A DNA stretch of 64,000 nt from Pseudogymnoascus verrucosus (lineage: Eukaryota). Numbering within the stretch: position 1 is the stretch's first letter; each line of letters begins with the position of its first letter. The stretch is taken from the NCBI GenBank assembly GCA_001662655.1, contig KV460231.1. One strand, given 5' to 3'. The notes under the pieces are model-generated. The model saw only the letters and a program-made list of their open reading frames with translations. It made no database searches and was not told the origin of the DNA. Shown here piece after piece: positions 13,351-27,746 of the stretch. The translations under genes were made by a program, and so were the position numbers.

Positions 13351-14410
13351 TGCTCGCTCTCGTTTCAATCCCAGCTCAGGCTCCTGCAGACGATAATTTA
13401 CAGCTCAAGACAACTAACTCCGGATCTTGACTGATCAATCCATCGATGATGCACGAATGCTCATCGCAACGTGTCGTCGAAGCCCATCATCTAGCCAAAA
13501 TGCTGGTCCGCAACTACCGGGTAATCGACCCGGCTTTAGCCTGTATATAGCCAACCCCTCCGGCACCTCAATTAATAGCAGCGCGGCGCATGCGGCATGG
13601 CAGTTTTAGGATAAGTGCCTAAATCGATCGATGCTTAGGTGTGCGTGTGATATATGGGGTGCCGGTGCGGGCGGTAGATCATGCGTTTTAAGTTTGACTG
13701 GTGGGTCTCGCGCGCGTTGAAGAACGGGTGGCCGCGGGGATTCGAGGACGACGTGGAGGCATGATTCTTTTTAGCGGCCTATACTACCTATGGTGACGAC
13801 GAGCGTTGCGCTGACAAGATGGGTGTTGGCGCATTCATGGCGTCTGGTGGTGGTTATGGTAGAGGGAGGAGTATTATGATAGTCATGGCCTTAGAGATGA
13901 TTCATTTGAGGATATCTCGTCAAGGATTCTCAGTCTATATACACCATCTCCACCGCCTCCACTCCACTCTCTACCTGCGGCTATCTCTTTCAGCCTGCAT
14001 GCGACATATCCCGATATAAATGCATGAACACACATCCCCCACCTCCTTCCTACTAGAACAGAAGACAGATGCCGTACCCTACTCCACTACCTCCTCCCCT
14101 CGTTTCTTTCTTAAACTGCGTATCCTTCCTTGCTCATCCCATCCAATTTGCCATGTGTAAAACACTTTATACCCACCCAACCCCCAACGCCTCCCAAAAT
14201 AGAAATAAAAAAAACACACGGACAAAACAAACGATGCCTCTCCAGAGAGAATAAAAGTATGAGTAAGTCAAAACCCGGTTCTGTGCGTCCCTCCAAAAAA
14301 AAACCCCTGTTGTAGCCGCCCTGCCTCACTCTGAGTAGCATAGTAGCCGCGCATATTGAATAGAATCCCCCAAGATAATGACCACTTTCTCGCCAACAAA
14401 ACCTCCCACC

Positions 14411-15838
14411 TCACCTCTTACTTCCCGCCCCTTCATCATCGCTCTCCCCGCCCCTCTCTCCAATCTTCTCAATCCCTTTCTTCACCGAGATCAAACAACC
14501 TTGCTCCTTCAGCCGTCGCGTCAACGCCGTACTCGCTTGCATTCCTGGGAAATCCTTCGCCGCAAACACCGTCACCACCCCACTCGTCACGCTGGCACTG
14601 TACGGCACTTTTGTTCCCATCTTCATCGTATTAGGATCCAACACCATCAACACGAACTTCAACCGATACTGCCCGGTGGTTCGACACGACAGATCCGGGA
14701 AGCAGAAGAAACACCCCTCGACCCCGCGTTCGTCCTTGCCCACAAATGGGCTGGCGACCAGCGTTCCCATCAGCCGACGCTGCTGATTGCGACGCTCCCC
14801 ACCGCCTACGCTGCCGTCGCCTTCCATGGCCCCACTATCGATGTCGCGTGACGCGTCCCATAGCGAGCAGTGCACCACGTAGTACGGGTAGCGTAGGCGC
14901 CGGGCCATTTCATCAGAGGCCGACATGGCGGTGGTGGTGGGGGCGGGGTGATGCGCAGCTCGAGGATAGGAGGCGGGTCCACGACGCGGCGGTCTCGTTC
15001 GCCGAAACCACATGCACGCGCGGCGAGAGGTTGTTGCCGCATGTGCAGCGTGTACGTCGGTTGTGGTCTGGCATGTGTTAGTTTAAGCCATGAAATCGAG
15101 TGTAAAGGGGCACACGTACTTCGAACTATCCGGCCTAATCAGGTCGGCAATCCCAATTCCGCTCGAGTCCCGCAGCTTCTGTTCCTTCGGCTTCGGCAGA
15201 GTCCCTGTTGACGGTCTCTTCCGTAGATCTCGCGACTGCGGTGACGGTGAGCGGAGAAGCTGCACATGGTGGTTGTTTGGATCACTCTGATTGTTGATGT
15301 GGTTGTTAGGACGGCCCTGCGCGCTATACGGATCCTGCATCGGCCTCGGTGGTCCGAACGTTGGCGACGACTGTTGCGAGAGGGGTCGACTTTGCTGGTG
15401 TTGCGGCGGCGGCGGCGGCCTGCTCGTTGGCTCGCCGTTGTTACTACCAAGAAGTTTGCGGTACTCCTCTGCGGCATCGCGGCGCTGTCCGATCTTGCGC
15501 ACCTGCCTCGTCTCAGCGGTCTGTCGGCCAAAGTGATAGACCGAGCCAGTGCCTGGTTGGAAGGGGGTGAATTTCACCTGTTGCTCTTGCGGGTGCATGG
15601 GAGGCTGCCGATCTTGAGGCGGGTATGGGTGGTATGGGTGTTGGTTTTGTTGGTTCTGAAGCGATGGGAGGGTGACGATGGGGCTGGAGGGCGGGTATCT
15701 GATGTTATTCGGCATGGGGCGGTCGGAAGAGTATTCGAGGGGTGGGAGTGTAAAGCGGTCCGAGTATGACCGCGGGTCGTCGCGAGGGCCGTCCATTGAG
15801 GTGGCGGAAGGGGGACGAGATGAGTATTGGCGGTCCAT
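14411..15838 (-). CDS. velC: Velvet-domain regulator, VelC-like (apparent 1-nt frameshift near 14945)
   Basis: Long P/Q-rich N-terminus and C-terminal velvet domain: 'RQQPLAARACGFGERDRRVVDPPPIL', 'RRLMGTLVASPF', 'FFCFPDLSCRT', 'FPGMQASTALTRRLKEQG'. Intron ~15068-15119. Confidence 0.85.
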
Positions 15839-18800
15839 GATGTGTAGATGTCGCCGCAAAAGGCGTGTAGACGATATTTAGAGTGGCACAGCACCTGCGA
15901 GTTAATGTCAGTATTTAGCGCCCGTATACACACAATCTCTCTCTGCACTGCCTGTCAACAACAGTGTTGGCGACGTCGCCCTGTTCAGAAATCAAAAACA
16001 GAGAGACAGAAAATCAGGGTTGGCCAGTATGTCTTATATGGTCCCTGGGAACCCTTCACTCAACGTCACTCACCCCAACCAACAACCAACCAACTCGCAG
16101 CCGCAACAGCAATACACCCACAAGATCGCTCACCTCCAAGAACAAGCGCGCCTCAAGCCAGAAATCGAAGCTACCAGAACCAGAAAAAAGCGGCCAGGCT
16201 CACCAGGTAGGAGGCAGAGCCTCGTCGCCACTTGCGCGTGGGGGTTCGCAACGGTGGGAATCGCAGGTATCGCCTAATCGCAATCGCAAGAATCCTGTAA
16301 GGGCTGGGAGGAGAGATCGAGAGCGCAAGCTCAGTCGTCGCGGAGCATAGGTATCGGTGTCGTCGTCTTCGTCGTCGCTGTCAGTTCTTCTTCAATCGTC
16401 AAGTCGAGTAGAGGTCAGGGGTCAATCGGTCGCGCAGCTTGCGGCGGAGATGCATGCATCATCCGTTCCAGCTTCTCGAACTCCTGCGCAGTCTCCTTTA
16501 TTTCCTTAAGCTGGTCGATCTGTCGCCGAACCGATGCTGGGGAGTGGGCGGGTAGCAAGCAGGCGGGCAGCCACGGTATATGATCCAAGGAGGAACAGAA
16601 CCAGGAACAGAGAGAGAAAAGTTGCACGGTTCAGAGGGAGGGAAATGTCGGACGGACTGACTGGCGGGTTTTGGGAAGATGGGGCGCGCCACGCCACACG
16701 GACGGCTGCTACTTCTGGGTGGGTGGGTGTTCCGTCCCAGTGAGGGATAGGGAGGATGGGGGGGGTAGGGGGGGGGAGGGGGGGAGGGGAGGAGCTCGCG
16801 TACCGTACCGCCGCTACCGTGCCGCAGGGTACGCGCATGAGTTAGCGTATTGCAGGTTGTGGACCTGTGGACCCGGTCGCTGACGGCGCGAGGTGGGATA
16901 AACAATACAGGCCAGACAGGATACTTTTGGGGCTGGCTCAGCGTGGCAGAAGGGCGAGGTATCGGAGGGTGCCGTGGTTGTGTCGGTGCCATGTTGGAAG
17001 GATTGCAGAACGCCGTATAGTGTAAGACAGTCTGGCGGGTCGCACAGCTTCCGGGGCCTAGATGGTTGAGAAGGTTGGGCTATGGAGTTGGCAGCTAGGG
17101 GCCTTGATTGTGGCAGCTGGCACCCGCCATGACTCGAGTTGGTGGTGACAGTGGATTTGTGATGGAGAAGGGGGATGGGGAAGCAGAGAAGAGAGACAAC
17201 GCGCTGGGGGAACAGGGGTTCAGAAGAGAAAACAGGGTGCAGGGTGCGGAACATGGTTGGTACAGGACAGTATCTATGTACAGGACTAACTTCAGGACTA
17301 CTCTAGGACTCGTTTGGGGTTAAGGAACGGTACCCTAACCTAAGAGTAGTATGGGAGTAGTCTGGGATAGTCTAGGAGGAGTTGATACAGAAACAGAAGA
17401 TCGGAGCCAAGTGGAGTCGCCGCCACAGCGAGCGCCATTTCTTTGCAGCGGTCAGTGGTCGCGGTCAGTGGTCGCCATGGGGGACATTGAGCACATTAAG
17501 CACGTTGAGGATACTATCGATGGCCCGATGGCAGTATAGACGGACTGGCAACCGGCTAAGAAGCAGCGAATACATCGATCCATCAATGGCCTGCACCATA
17601 CGGGTTAGCCATGGAGTGCTTTTCATGGGTCAGCACAGTATTGTGCATCGGAGCGCATTCCCTAACATGCCCTGAGCCAGTACAAGCAGCCAACACAGCA
17701 CACCGGACAGTGGGTAAAGCACAGAACACAGGGAGACGAACAAAAACGCCGCCGCCGCCGCTAAGCAAACCCGGCCAAGGATGCCCGCTCCACTAGGAGA
17801 CCTATCCATAGGTATGTACAGTCAAGTACTTGTACGCCGATCAACCATGGGGGGTAACATAGTTCCCGCCCGCCACGTCCGTGTCGGCGCCCGCCAGTCG
17901 CGGGCGCCGCCGTAAGCGCGATAAAGGGAGATTGTCGGTACTATCCAGTTGTCCGGCGAGGGGGCCCTTGTCTAGCATCTGATATAATCGGATAGCGCTG
18001 ATGTGGGCGTGGGCGTGGGTGATGGTGGAGAGAGAGCGAGATACTGGCAACACGACAATTCAATTCAGTACCACAGCACACCCACACAGTCGCATCCGCA
18101 TACATACTATAGCACTATACCGATAGTGTCCCCAGCACCAACAGCCAACCAACCAACCACACAGCCATGCACCGCCCACCCCTTCCCCCCCTTCGCTCCC
18201 TCGTTCGCCGCTTTGCATCCTTTTCCCTGCCCCTTCCCTGCCTCTTCCTCCGTCCCAGAGATGCGTACAGCGCTCTAGCTAGGAACAGCGGAGATGGCGC
18301 AGGCAGGACTGCATCACAAATGAAAGGCAGTAGATGGACGCACAGTCCCTCGGCGATGCACCTTCACACCCCCCCGACCCGACAGATTGGATCCGCATAG
18401 TGGAACGGAGTACAGTACGTACGATGCATCACCCTACGGTGCATCTAACCGCTGTTGGCCGCGGACGGGGTGGCCGAGAAGGTATGCATACAGAGAACGA
18501 GAACTGTGGTGGTGAGACTCTGTGGGTGGGTTTGTGGCTGGCTGGTGCGTCGATGGGGGACGGAGTGGGAGAGGGAAACGGAAACGGAAACGGAAACGGA
18601 AAGGGAAGGGGCGAGGGAAGGAGAAAGGGGAACAGCGACTCGCATGGCGGGGAATGAGCGAAGGGGTGAAGGTGAAAGTGACGCGGAAGGCAGCGACGAT
18701 GGAGATTGAGGCACTTCAAAGGAAGGCCGGAGAGGGTACTCGAGTACTATACTATATCGACATACTCCATCTCCAGCGTGCTTTCCTTGCCGCCTCATCG

Positions 18801-21800
18801 CCCTCGTCACCTTCGTCGCCGTCATGTACTCTACTTCCTACTTTTGCCTATGCAAGTGCGGACAGTAGAGTGCATCAGGCCCATCCCACCACACCGCCAC
18901 ACACACACCACACACACAAATACACACCACACCTACACCTGGTACGTGGGTCAATGTCTTGGTCTTGTGTGTCCAAAATGCTGCATCAAAAATACTGCAT
19001 ACGACCTTGACCTTGCCCACCCGCCGTCGCTCCTGCACACTTCTCGTGTCCTATCGTGTTCTCTCCTATCGTGCCCTGTCGTGTCTTGTCGTCTCCCGTC
19101 CATGTGTGCTCTCTTGTGCCCCCCCATCCAGTCTCATCCACTCCTATCCGCTCCCCATCCTCCATCTTCCTCAATATCCCCTCCTCCTTCAGAACTCGGT
19201 ATTGTTGCTGCACCCCATACGTTTCACGCCACCATCCTCCTTTCTCCCCTCGCCGTCCGTTTCACACCCACTCTTCCTTTCCTCCTTTCCTACCCCTGCT
19301 CTCGCACCACCCACGTTGCTGGAACACCGATGTCATACAGGTGGTACTTATTATAGTACTTACACGACTTACACTACTTACACTCACTACTTGTCCTCTC
19401 CACACGGGACGGATACGCCACCCACCCGCTCACCGAATAGTGCAATGCACACCGCGTCCAACCGTGCACACGCAGGCACGCACAACTCATCCCGCACCAC
19501 CAGCCGTGCCCATACCCGAGAAGTTGGGCAAGAGAGCGTTGTGACAATATGGAGCCTGCCATACTATACTCGAAGGGTGGGGGTTATGAGCCGCCGCGGG
19601 TGCGGGTGGAGAGGACCTCTTGGCGGTAGGTTGCAGGAACAAAGTGTTCATGGGAATGCTATGGTCAAGGGACAAAGAAGTGAGATGTGCTGGAGAGGGG
19701 TACGACGGAGATTACGGGAGAGGTCTTGTACGACTCGAGCAAGCTGTGGGTGGGCTGGCTGAGAGAACGCACATCTGCCGCGGTGGTGATGAACACTCAC
19801 ATTTCGACTGATTCGGTGGCGTGCTGATCGGTGACGGCTCGGTGACGGCTCCTCGATGACTTACAGATGACGAGACGAGTACGAGTATTCGCATCCGGGT
19901 TCAAACAACTTGGGCGATATGTGGCGTGCCGATCGGTGAACGCTCCCGTCTACCCACAGCGGGCGAGACGAGCACTCACATCTCGAGCCATGAGCGGCGT
20001 GCCTGGACCATCTCGGCCCCAACGTGTGACGGCACGATACAACGTCAACTGTCCTCCTACCTCCCCAAACCATGGCGCCCCATAAACCACGAACAAACCA
20101 TCACAGCAACCCCCGTCTTTCCTCCCCTATCTCCCCACCACGCCGCCGGGCATCACCCCCTCGCCCAGTAACTGACACATCACACCCTCCCCTCCTCTTT
20201 CCCTTAAACCATACACCCAGCACCCCATCCCACTCCCATCTCATCCTCCCCAGATCCGAAACTCTTTCTCCCGCTCCAGTGCGATCGCGCTCGCGCCACC
20301 ATGCACCGCCAGCACAGCTCCTCTCGATCAAAACCCTTCCCCTCGGGCTACCACCCTTTAAATCTCACGCCCTACTCGCCGAATAGCAGCCGCTATCTAA
20401 CCCAGCTAAGTGGCTGATGTCTACAGTACCACATTATCTCGCCCGCAGACGTGCGCAAGCCAAGATACTGTAAGAAGACAAGACAGACAGGAACGACGGC
20501 TCGGGTCGTCGGTTACCGCATCCCCCAACGCATCTCCCTCTCACCCACAGTAGCTTACCCGAAAACCACGCACACTCGCGAATACCGTCCCCGTTCTTCC
20601 CCTCTCCTTCCCCAGACCTATCGTTGCTACCAAACCGCGGAAAAGGTTCAGTATCCCCGGTCTTCTCATCCCCGGTCTGTCTTCCACGCATCCCCGACCA
20701 TGTCCATCCTACACGACAGGCTTCCTCACCATGGTACCGACGGCCCAATTGCGGCTAAGTTGCACCTCTTGATCCGCATTCCCCACTCTATACTGTTGCG
20801 GTGGGTGCTGGCAACGAACTCACGCACATACTCCCATGAACCAGCACATCCTTGGCGGAATGTGCTGGCCAGCCCGTGTCTGGATGGCTGGTTGGGGTGG
20901 TGGACATAGCAAAGTATACACTCGATAACTTGGTCGAGAGATGAACGGGGCTGGTGGACGCGGCGGATTGGTGTGGTTTCAGAAATGCCCTGTCTGGGTG
21001 CCGGTCGGCCCGATGCAGGCGTCGCGCAGTGGACAAGCTACTCTTCGGAGATGGCACTCTACACGAGTAACGAGGTCCAGGGGCCGGGTTGGGGGATGTA
21101 TGGGGGGGTGGACACACTTGCACCACCACCATCCGCTTGTGGGACAGTTTGCGAAGTACGCGTGGTGTATGGAGTCGTTATGGCATACAGTGGATATGGC
21201 GTGTGAGACGCCCCGTCTAGCAACATGTTGGACTGCCATGCATCAGTGTGGTATGTATTCTCCATTGACCAGGAACAAGGCCGAGCGGGAAATGCCGTTA
21301 TATTTATACGCTTTAATCTCATACAAACCGCGAAGACATATATTTGTACGTACAGGAACGAGCAAGTCACGGTAAGCAAGGGGTGGGGGTGCGGCATTCC
21401 CGCTCCCGCTGCGGACCGAGGCCCGGGCTGCAAGGGAGGTTACTATATGTGCCTTATCTCGGTGGATTTGCGAGCCACCCCAGGCCAACTGCCGAGATCG
21501 TTTTGTTGGCTTTGAGGGTTGGGCGTGATGGGGAGAGCTGCTGTGGGGGCGTAGCTGGGGGATGCGTCATGACAAGGGATGTGACGGCTGGGTGGGCGCA
21601 GACGCCCATAAAGCTGGAAGTTGGGCGAGTCAGGCCATGTCAGAGGATCGAGACTGGGATTGGACGACGTTGGAGGTGGGTATGTGATGAGAAGGGAATC
21701 AGAGGGCCAAGTCTAGGATTCCACAATCTTCGAGACAGGTCTTGAGAGAATAATCGAATTCACAGCCGTGACCTCCCTATGTGTCAAAACCTGCGTTCAT

Positions 21801-21897
21801 CCTATGATTGAGCAACGATAGATGCCAGCCCTCCCTATTAAGCTAATATACACATACATCTGACCACAGCATCCTAACTCCCCCAGATGACCCAAAT

Positions 21898-24650
21898 TCA
21901 CTCCCCCCTTCCCCTCTTCCTCCTCCCCCCCTCCTCCCCACCACCAGACCCAGATCCAACACCCCTCTTCCTTCCACCACCACCTCCCAGCCCAGCCATC
22001 CGCTGTGCCTCCCGAACAAGCCTCTCCCGATCCCTCGCCTCCCTCTCAGCTGTATGCGGATCCTTCGCAGCAGGAGCGACGTGGTTCTCTTTCCCAGACA
22101 TTGCGCGAGGCCCCATCGGTGGACGAAACCCATCTTCCCCAGCGGCATCCCCGTTCTGCGCCGGGGGCGAATGTTGGCGGCGGCGGCGAGAGCGTGAACG
22201 CGAGCGGTGCTTGTGTGATGAGGATTTGTGGCCGTGGTCACGGTCGCGGTTGTGGTCTCTATCCCTCTCGCGGTCTCGCTCACGGTCTCTACCCTTCTCG
22301 CGTCCCCCATCTCGATTCCTCTCCCTCTCTCTATCCCGATCGCCACGCTCCCTATTGTAGTCCCGATCGCGGTCTCGGTCACGCCCGCCGTCACGGTCGC
22401 TATCCCTCTCTCGCCTCCGTCTCTCCCTGCGCTCGCGCCTGGCCTCTGCCTCCGCTTCGTCTTCAAGGACATCCTCTCCGGCGTCCCCAGCACCCTCGCC
22501 CTCTTCGCGCCGTCTCTCTCTACGCCGCCTCTCTCGCCTCCGCTCTCTGCTGCCATCAGAAGTAGACTCGTCTCTCCGACGACGGTGTCGTTCTCTCCTC
22601 TCACGTTTCGGCGACCTCGAGCGGGACCTTGACTTCGAAGCGTTACGCGGCTGGACTCCCTCTCCTCCCTCGGCTCCCTCACCATCCCACTCCACACGGC
22701 CATCCATCTCCGTCTCCGGCACCGCAGAAGATCCGCTCTCCCGCCTCGACTCACCAAACGGCGCTCTCCCACGCAGGTGCAGGATACTCGTGTTCGGCAG
22801 CCCCTCGCGCATGGCCTTCGGCCCTGTGGGCGCATTAATCGGCACATCCGCCAACGGCGGCGGCGCTTGAGTCGCGTACGCGCTACTTCGGGCTACATAC
22901 GCGCCTCCATGGCCATGGCTCATAAACTGCGCCTGCTCGATCTCTTCCAGAGTCTGGATCGGCTTTGGGCCAGTGTCCAGGACGTCAGAGGGGGTGGTTA
23001 GGGGGTTAGTGGCAACCTGTGCGTCGCCTTCGGCAGTCATGCCGTTTGTCTCCGCATTGTCTGTGGCAGTTACTTCAGTTTCTGCCAGGGCGGACGGCGT
23101 ACGGATTTCACGGCCAAACTCGTCAACATTAGATGCGGGCTCAGTACTCTGTTGCTCCTTGGGTCCTTGGGGCGCAGCGGATTCACTCACGTGGCCCGCA
23201 ACGCTATTTTGGTAGTTGCCGTGTTGTGCGTACTCACCATGTCCGTACCCGCCCCCGCGGCCGTAGCCACCACGCCCTCTGCCTCTCCCACGGCCAGCAA
23301 AGCCGCCGCCGCCGTGGTGGCCATACTCATTGTACTGGTTGCGGCCGTAGCCACCTTGGCTATAGCCAGCACCGGCACCATGGTGTTGTTGGAAGGGGTA
23401 TCCAGGCTTATGAGGGGCGCCATAGTCATTGTGGCCCATTCCCGCAGAAAGCGCAGCATTTGGATTGAAATTATTTTGTCCCATATTCCACTGTTGTCCG
23501 CCCCATCCACCACCACCTCCAAAGCCTTGTCCTGCCACGCCTTCGAATCCTCCCATGCCTCCCATTCCCATATTCATGCCGTTCATACCCATACCCCCGA
23601 ATCCTCCATTCATAAACATGTTCTGCATCGCCATTGGATCCATCGACATTCCAGGCATTCCTGGGATTGTTAGCTAGTTACTTTTGTATCGCGAGGAATA
23701 TGCATACCCATCATTGGAAATCCGCCAAACGCATTGGCTCCCATTCCATTCTGCATAGCCATCGCCATTTGCATCTGCATTTGGTTCATGTCGCCGGTCA
23801 TGTTTGGGAAACCGCCCATCGCCGCGTTAAATCCACCTGTCATGCCAGGCATCCCCGCCCCTGCAGCGTCACCATTGGCGTCCTTTTCCCCTTCGTGCGT
23901 GGCCTCGTTCGCGTCGGTCGCGACCTCTCCAGCAGTTGTATCTTCTCCTGTATGTTCTTGGCCGGGCGCGATTTCCTGGGAACAGTTAGAGGGTGCGGAC
24001 GAAGCAGATTCAGTCATATTACCTCAATTGATTGTTGTAGGATATCTTTCTGGTCTTCATTCACAGCTTCGCCATTCGTAACAGGTGTTCCATCAGCAGT
24101 CCCGTCTTGTTCAGACACCGGCGCCTGGTCCGTTATAGGTAGTGATTCCTCGGCCGTATCTTCAGCCGGAGCCTCTGAAATTGGCTCCTCGGGCGCTGTG
24201 ACTGGAGCTGGAGCATCTTCGACTGGTGTGATTGGAGGTGTATCCTTGATTGCTTTTGCTTGCAGCGCGACTCTCTTCTTTTCTTCCGTCCTTAAGAACA
24301 CCTTAATTGTAGTTCGGAGTGATTTGTGAGGTTTGCAGTCCTCTGCAGCTACTGGCGTATGTTCGCAGACCGGGCAAGACGATGGGAGGGAGGATTGGCC
24401 TAGAATAGCCTGTTAGTACTTTGTTTATCTCACGGAGGTTTCTGGGTACTTACAATCCTCGCAGATTGCTTGCTCGCAACATGGCAGGCGAAATGCATTC
24501 ATTGCCAGTTTGCTGCATATTGCGCAACGCAGTTTGATGGGAATATCATCTTGAGAGAGCGAGCTGATACAGTTAGAATTGAACCGTCGTGGTGGTAAAA
24601 GACGCTTCCTACCTGATAAGCTCAGCCTGGGTGAACACCGTCGCGGCCAT
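21898..24650 (-). CDS. N-terminal RING-finger protein with G/M-rich, RGG and RD/RS-rich regions (RBBP6/Mpe1-like RING; probable RNA-processing factor)
   Basis: 'IPIKLRCAICSKLAMNAFRLPCCEQAICED|CQSSLPSSCPVCEH' RING, 'PINAPTGPKAMR' motif, and RDRDR/RSRSRS tail. Several introns. Confidence 0.75.
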
Positions 24651-25247
24651 CTTGCCAAAGGAGGCCGTTCTCTGTCGTGTGCGTGTTTGGACTTTTCGAA
24701 TCAGGTCATAGCTTTGACGCAGTTGGCCAAAGGTAGATATCAACGATGGGGTAGACGATTGCCAACGTCCATCTCTAGAACATATCCTGTGGTAGGTGAA
24801 TGCCTCATTACCTTCAGATTCACAGCTGCAACAACAGGTCGGGTTTTACACGCGGCTGGCACGTGACTATGTCATATTTACGCTAGGTCTAATTCGGAAG
24901 TTTGTACCAAAGAAGAATACGGACTACCCATATTCAGGTTCAAAATACAGAACATGGCAAGTTTAGAAAGTGTTAACAAATCTTATTTAGATCTCTATAT
25001 TATCTCTATATTTTAGGTTGGTTGAAAATAATCGCAAGATTTCTTCCCCCTCTCTTGTTAGACAGACCCTTACAAATGCAGCAATGACATAACCTATCAG
25101 AACCAGGGTCATATGAAAGCAGCAATCAACCCCCGACAACCCTGTCTTAATGTCTATTATCTCAGCTTTCTCTCTCGATTTCTGTTCTGCATTCTACGTT
25201 GAATAGAAGTTCTTACAATGAATCTACGAATACTACTTGTTTAGATC

Positions 25248-26642
25248 ATGATACTGGGACCAATCACTATTGTGGATTGCTTCGTCTTTGTATTCCTACT
25301 TTTTCCTCAACAACTACTACACAATGGACTCTTCGACCTAATTACGTGCGGATTGCGAACTCTTCCATTTCTATGTACACTCACTCTCCCAGCTGCCCAA
25401 GACAAACGGCTAACCTACGGATAGTCATCAAGCTTCCCATCTCTATCGTCAATGATCGATATCTCCTCGGTCGTTTCACTACCAAACCCTTCGCCCGCAG
25501 AGCCACCCTCTTCGAGGATGCTGTCGTTCGCTGCGTCCACTATGGATTTACTAATATCAAACCGCCAATAGCCCGCATCTTCTTCGTTAAGGGCGTTTCA
25601 TGGCCGTTTCTCAGGTATCGCATGCTCAGACATGGATATCTCTTCCTCCCAGTGCATTTGGAGGATATTGAACAGGTATGCTAGTCTTCAGTTTGGTGTG
25701 ATCATTATTAATGTGATACAGGAAAGTTTGAAAGGTGTATGGATGATTGATGAGCCTTCTCTAAAGCCAGACATTGTGTTTTATTTTGCGCATGGTAGGT
25801 GCCTCACATGATATATCTCGTTGATAGCTCCCATCCACCTGCAGCATCTTTAATAATAATTGTGAACAGGTGGCGGATTTAGCATGGGCTCCGCTTACTT
25901 CTATCTCGAGTTCCTCCTTGTTACCCTCGAGCTGCTCCGCTCCAAATTCTCCAATCCCGCTATCTTCGCGTTGGACTACAGTCTCGCCCCTGAAAGCTCT
26001 TTTCCCTGCCAAGTTGAGCAAGCACTCGCTGGGTACAACTATCTCATCGCCACAAAGAAGGTTCCTCCTTCTCGCATTTGCATCGCCGGGGATTCAGCAG
26101 GCGGAACAATAATGCTCAGCCTTCTCCTCCGCCTCGCTCGTCCCAACGTAAATGGCCGAGTCTCCGGGGAGTTAAATGGGAATGCCAAATCGGTCCGCGC
26201 TGGGAGCAACAAACCCGGGATGGCTTGTCTCATCTCGCCATGGGCTACACTGGTGTCCCCAGCCCACTGCGACACCGAAAGCGACTACCTTGATACCTTT
26301 CGGCTGCATGTTTTCGCACACGGTTACGTAGGAAGGAAAGGCTCTGTCTACGATCCGGTCGCCAGCCCAGGCAGTTGCAAAGATGTAGACTGGTGGCGGC
26401 AAGCTGCTCCTCTGAGGGGGTTTGCCATTTCGTATGGCAGTGAGGAGGTGTTGGCGTCCGATATTCGCGACCTAGTGGAGTTATTGCACAGTTCTGGTGT
26501 GAGGGTTGTGGCAGATGAAGATGAAGGTGGAGTGCATGCGTGGCCTGTGGCAGGGCTCTTTTTAGGGAGCACGAAAGAATCGAGGATAAGGGGGGTCAGG
26601 AGAATGGTAGATCGAATCGCGGGGTTGATGGTGGAGGTATAG
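25248..26642 (+). CDS. Alpha/beta hydrolase, HSL/Say1-like esterase with N-terminal membrane segment
   Basis: 'FYFAH|GGGF' oxyanion motif split by an intron, 'GDSAGG' nucleophile, 'LISPW', 'HAWP'. Three introns. Confidence 0.9.
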
Positions 26643-26948
26643 CTTGAAAAAGCGTTTACCACGGCGTCAATTCATATTTCACACACATATGTCCCATATT
26701 TTACCACTGCACCGGGTAGTCTTTCCAAATTATATAACTTAGCGTTTACGAGCATTTAAAGTGGACACAAAAATAAAACGCAATACTTAGTTTAATAAAT
26801 AAAATAATTATTTTGGTATTTCTATAAAACACATTCCATAGATTCTTATAAAAGAACCTTCCACGACAGAAAACGAAGAATAAATAGAACAAATTCTTCG
26901 TTTCGGTATCAGTAAACTCCTTAACCAAACGCCATCTCCCATAAACCC

Positions 26949-27746
26949 TCACGGGCTCTTCCTTTGCCTCGCTCTCCGTCTCGACATCTCGACCAGAGTC
27001 ATTACAGTCAACAGCACAACCGTCTGCCACCTCTCCCACTCATCCTCGCCCTCCGAATTCAGAATCCGCACCCCCAACCGCGCCCTCACCGTCCACCGTA
27101 TCAATGCTCCCCTAGTATACCTCGCCAGCACCATCCCCTCCCGTCCCTTCTCCACCAGCTCCATATCGGCCTGGTCATCAAGCATCAGCGGCGACGACGT
27201 ACGCCGCCACTCGTATTTCCGGCGCTCGCCATCTGCCCACATCCATTCAAACGCATACGTCCCATGCGTCCAGGAGCTTGTGCGTCGCAGCTCTTCCCAC
27301 GCCATGCCCTCCATGCCCTCGAGGGCCGTGCTGGCACCTGTGCGCACACCGAACTGGTTGGTTCCTTTGAAGGTGGAGATGTTGGCTGCTCCAATGGGGG
27401 GGGTGGTGCGCGGGCCAGCATGCAGGACGACGGAGTGGGCACCGGCCGTGAAGGTGCTGTTGATGATTGTGTAGAGGGCTGGGCCGTCCTGGTTGGCGTG
27501 GAGGGTTATGTTCTGCATATCCAGGTTGTGGACAGAGTAGGTCTTGTAGTGGGGGTCTGTGGATTCGGGGGGGGGGACGTCAGAATCCGAAATAACGGAG
27601 GTGTCAGAGTATGCTGGGGGAGATGTGGAGGGCAGGTCAGTGCCTGTGCTGGAGTGCGTTTTTTGAGGGCCGTAATCTGATTCGACTGACGATGAGCCGC
27701 TGTGGGCTCTACGATGGCGTAGTTTGTGCAGTTCCATGGTGGCCAT
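26949..27746 (-). CDS. Hypothetical fungal protein (DUF6593-like)
   Basis: Single 265-aa ORF with 'RKYEWRRT' and 'VVLLTVMTLVEMSRRR', which resemble a common fungal beta-rich family. TATA-like motif upstream. Confidence 0.7.
   Translation of the reverse strand: MATMELHKLRHRRAHSGSSSVESDYGPQKTHSSTGTDLPSTSPPAYSDTSVISDSDVPPPESTDPHYKTYSVHNLDMQNITLHANQDGPALYTIINSTFTAGAHSVVLHAGPRTTPPIGAANISTFKGTNQFGVRTGASTALEGMEGMAWEELRRTSSWTHGTYAFEWMWADGERRKYEWRRTSSPLMLDDQADMELVEKGREGMVLARYTRGALIRWTVRARLGVRILNSEGEDEWERWQTVVLLTVMTLVEMSRRRARQRKSP

Noticed and set aside
16000..21800. Numerous overlapping 60-270-aa ORFs
   Set aside because: They are low-complexity translations of microsatellite and GC-rich DNA, have no motifs, and many start at non-ATG codons.
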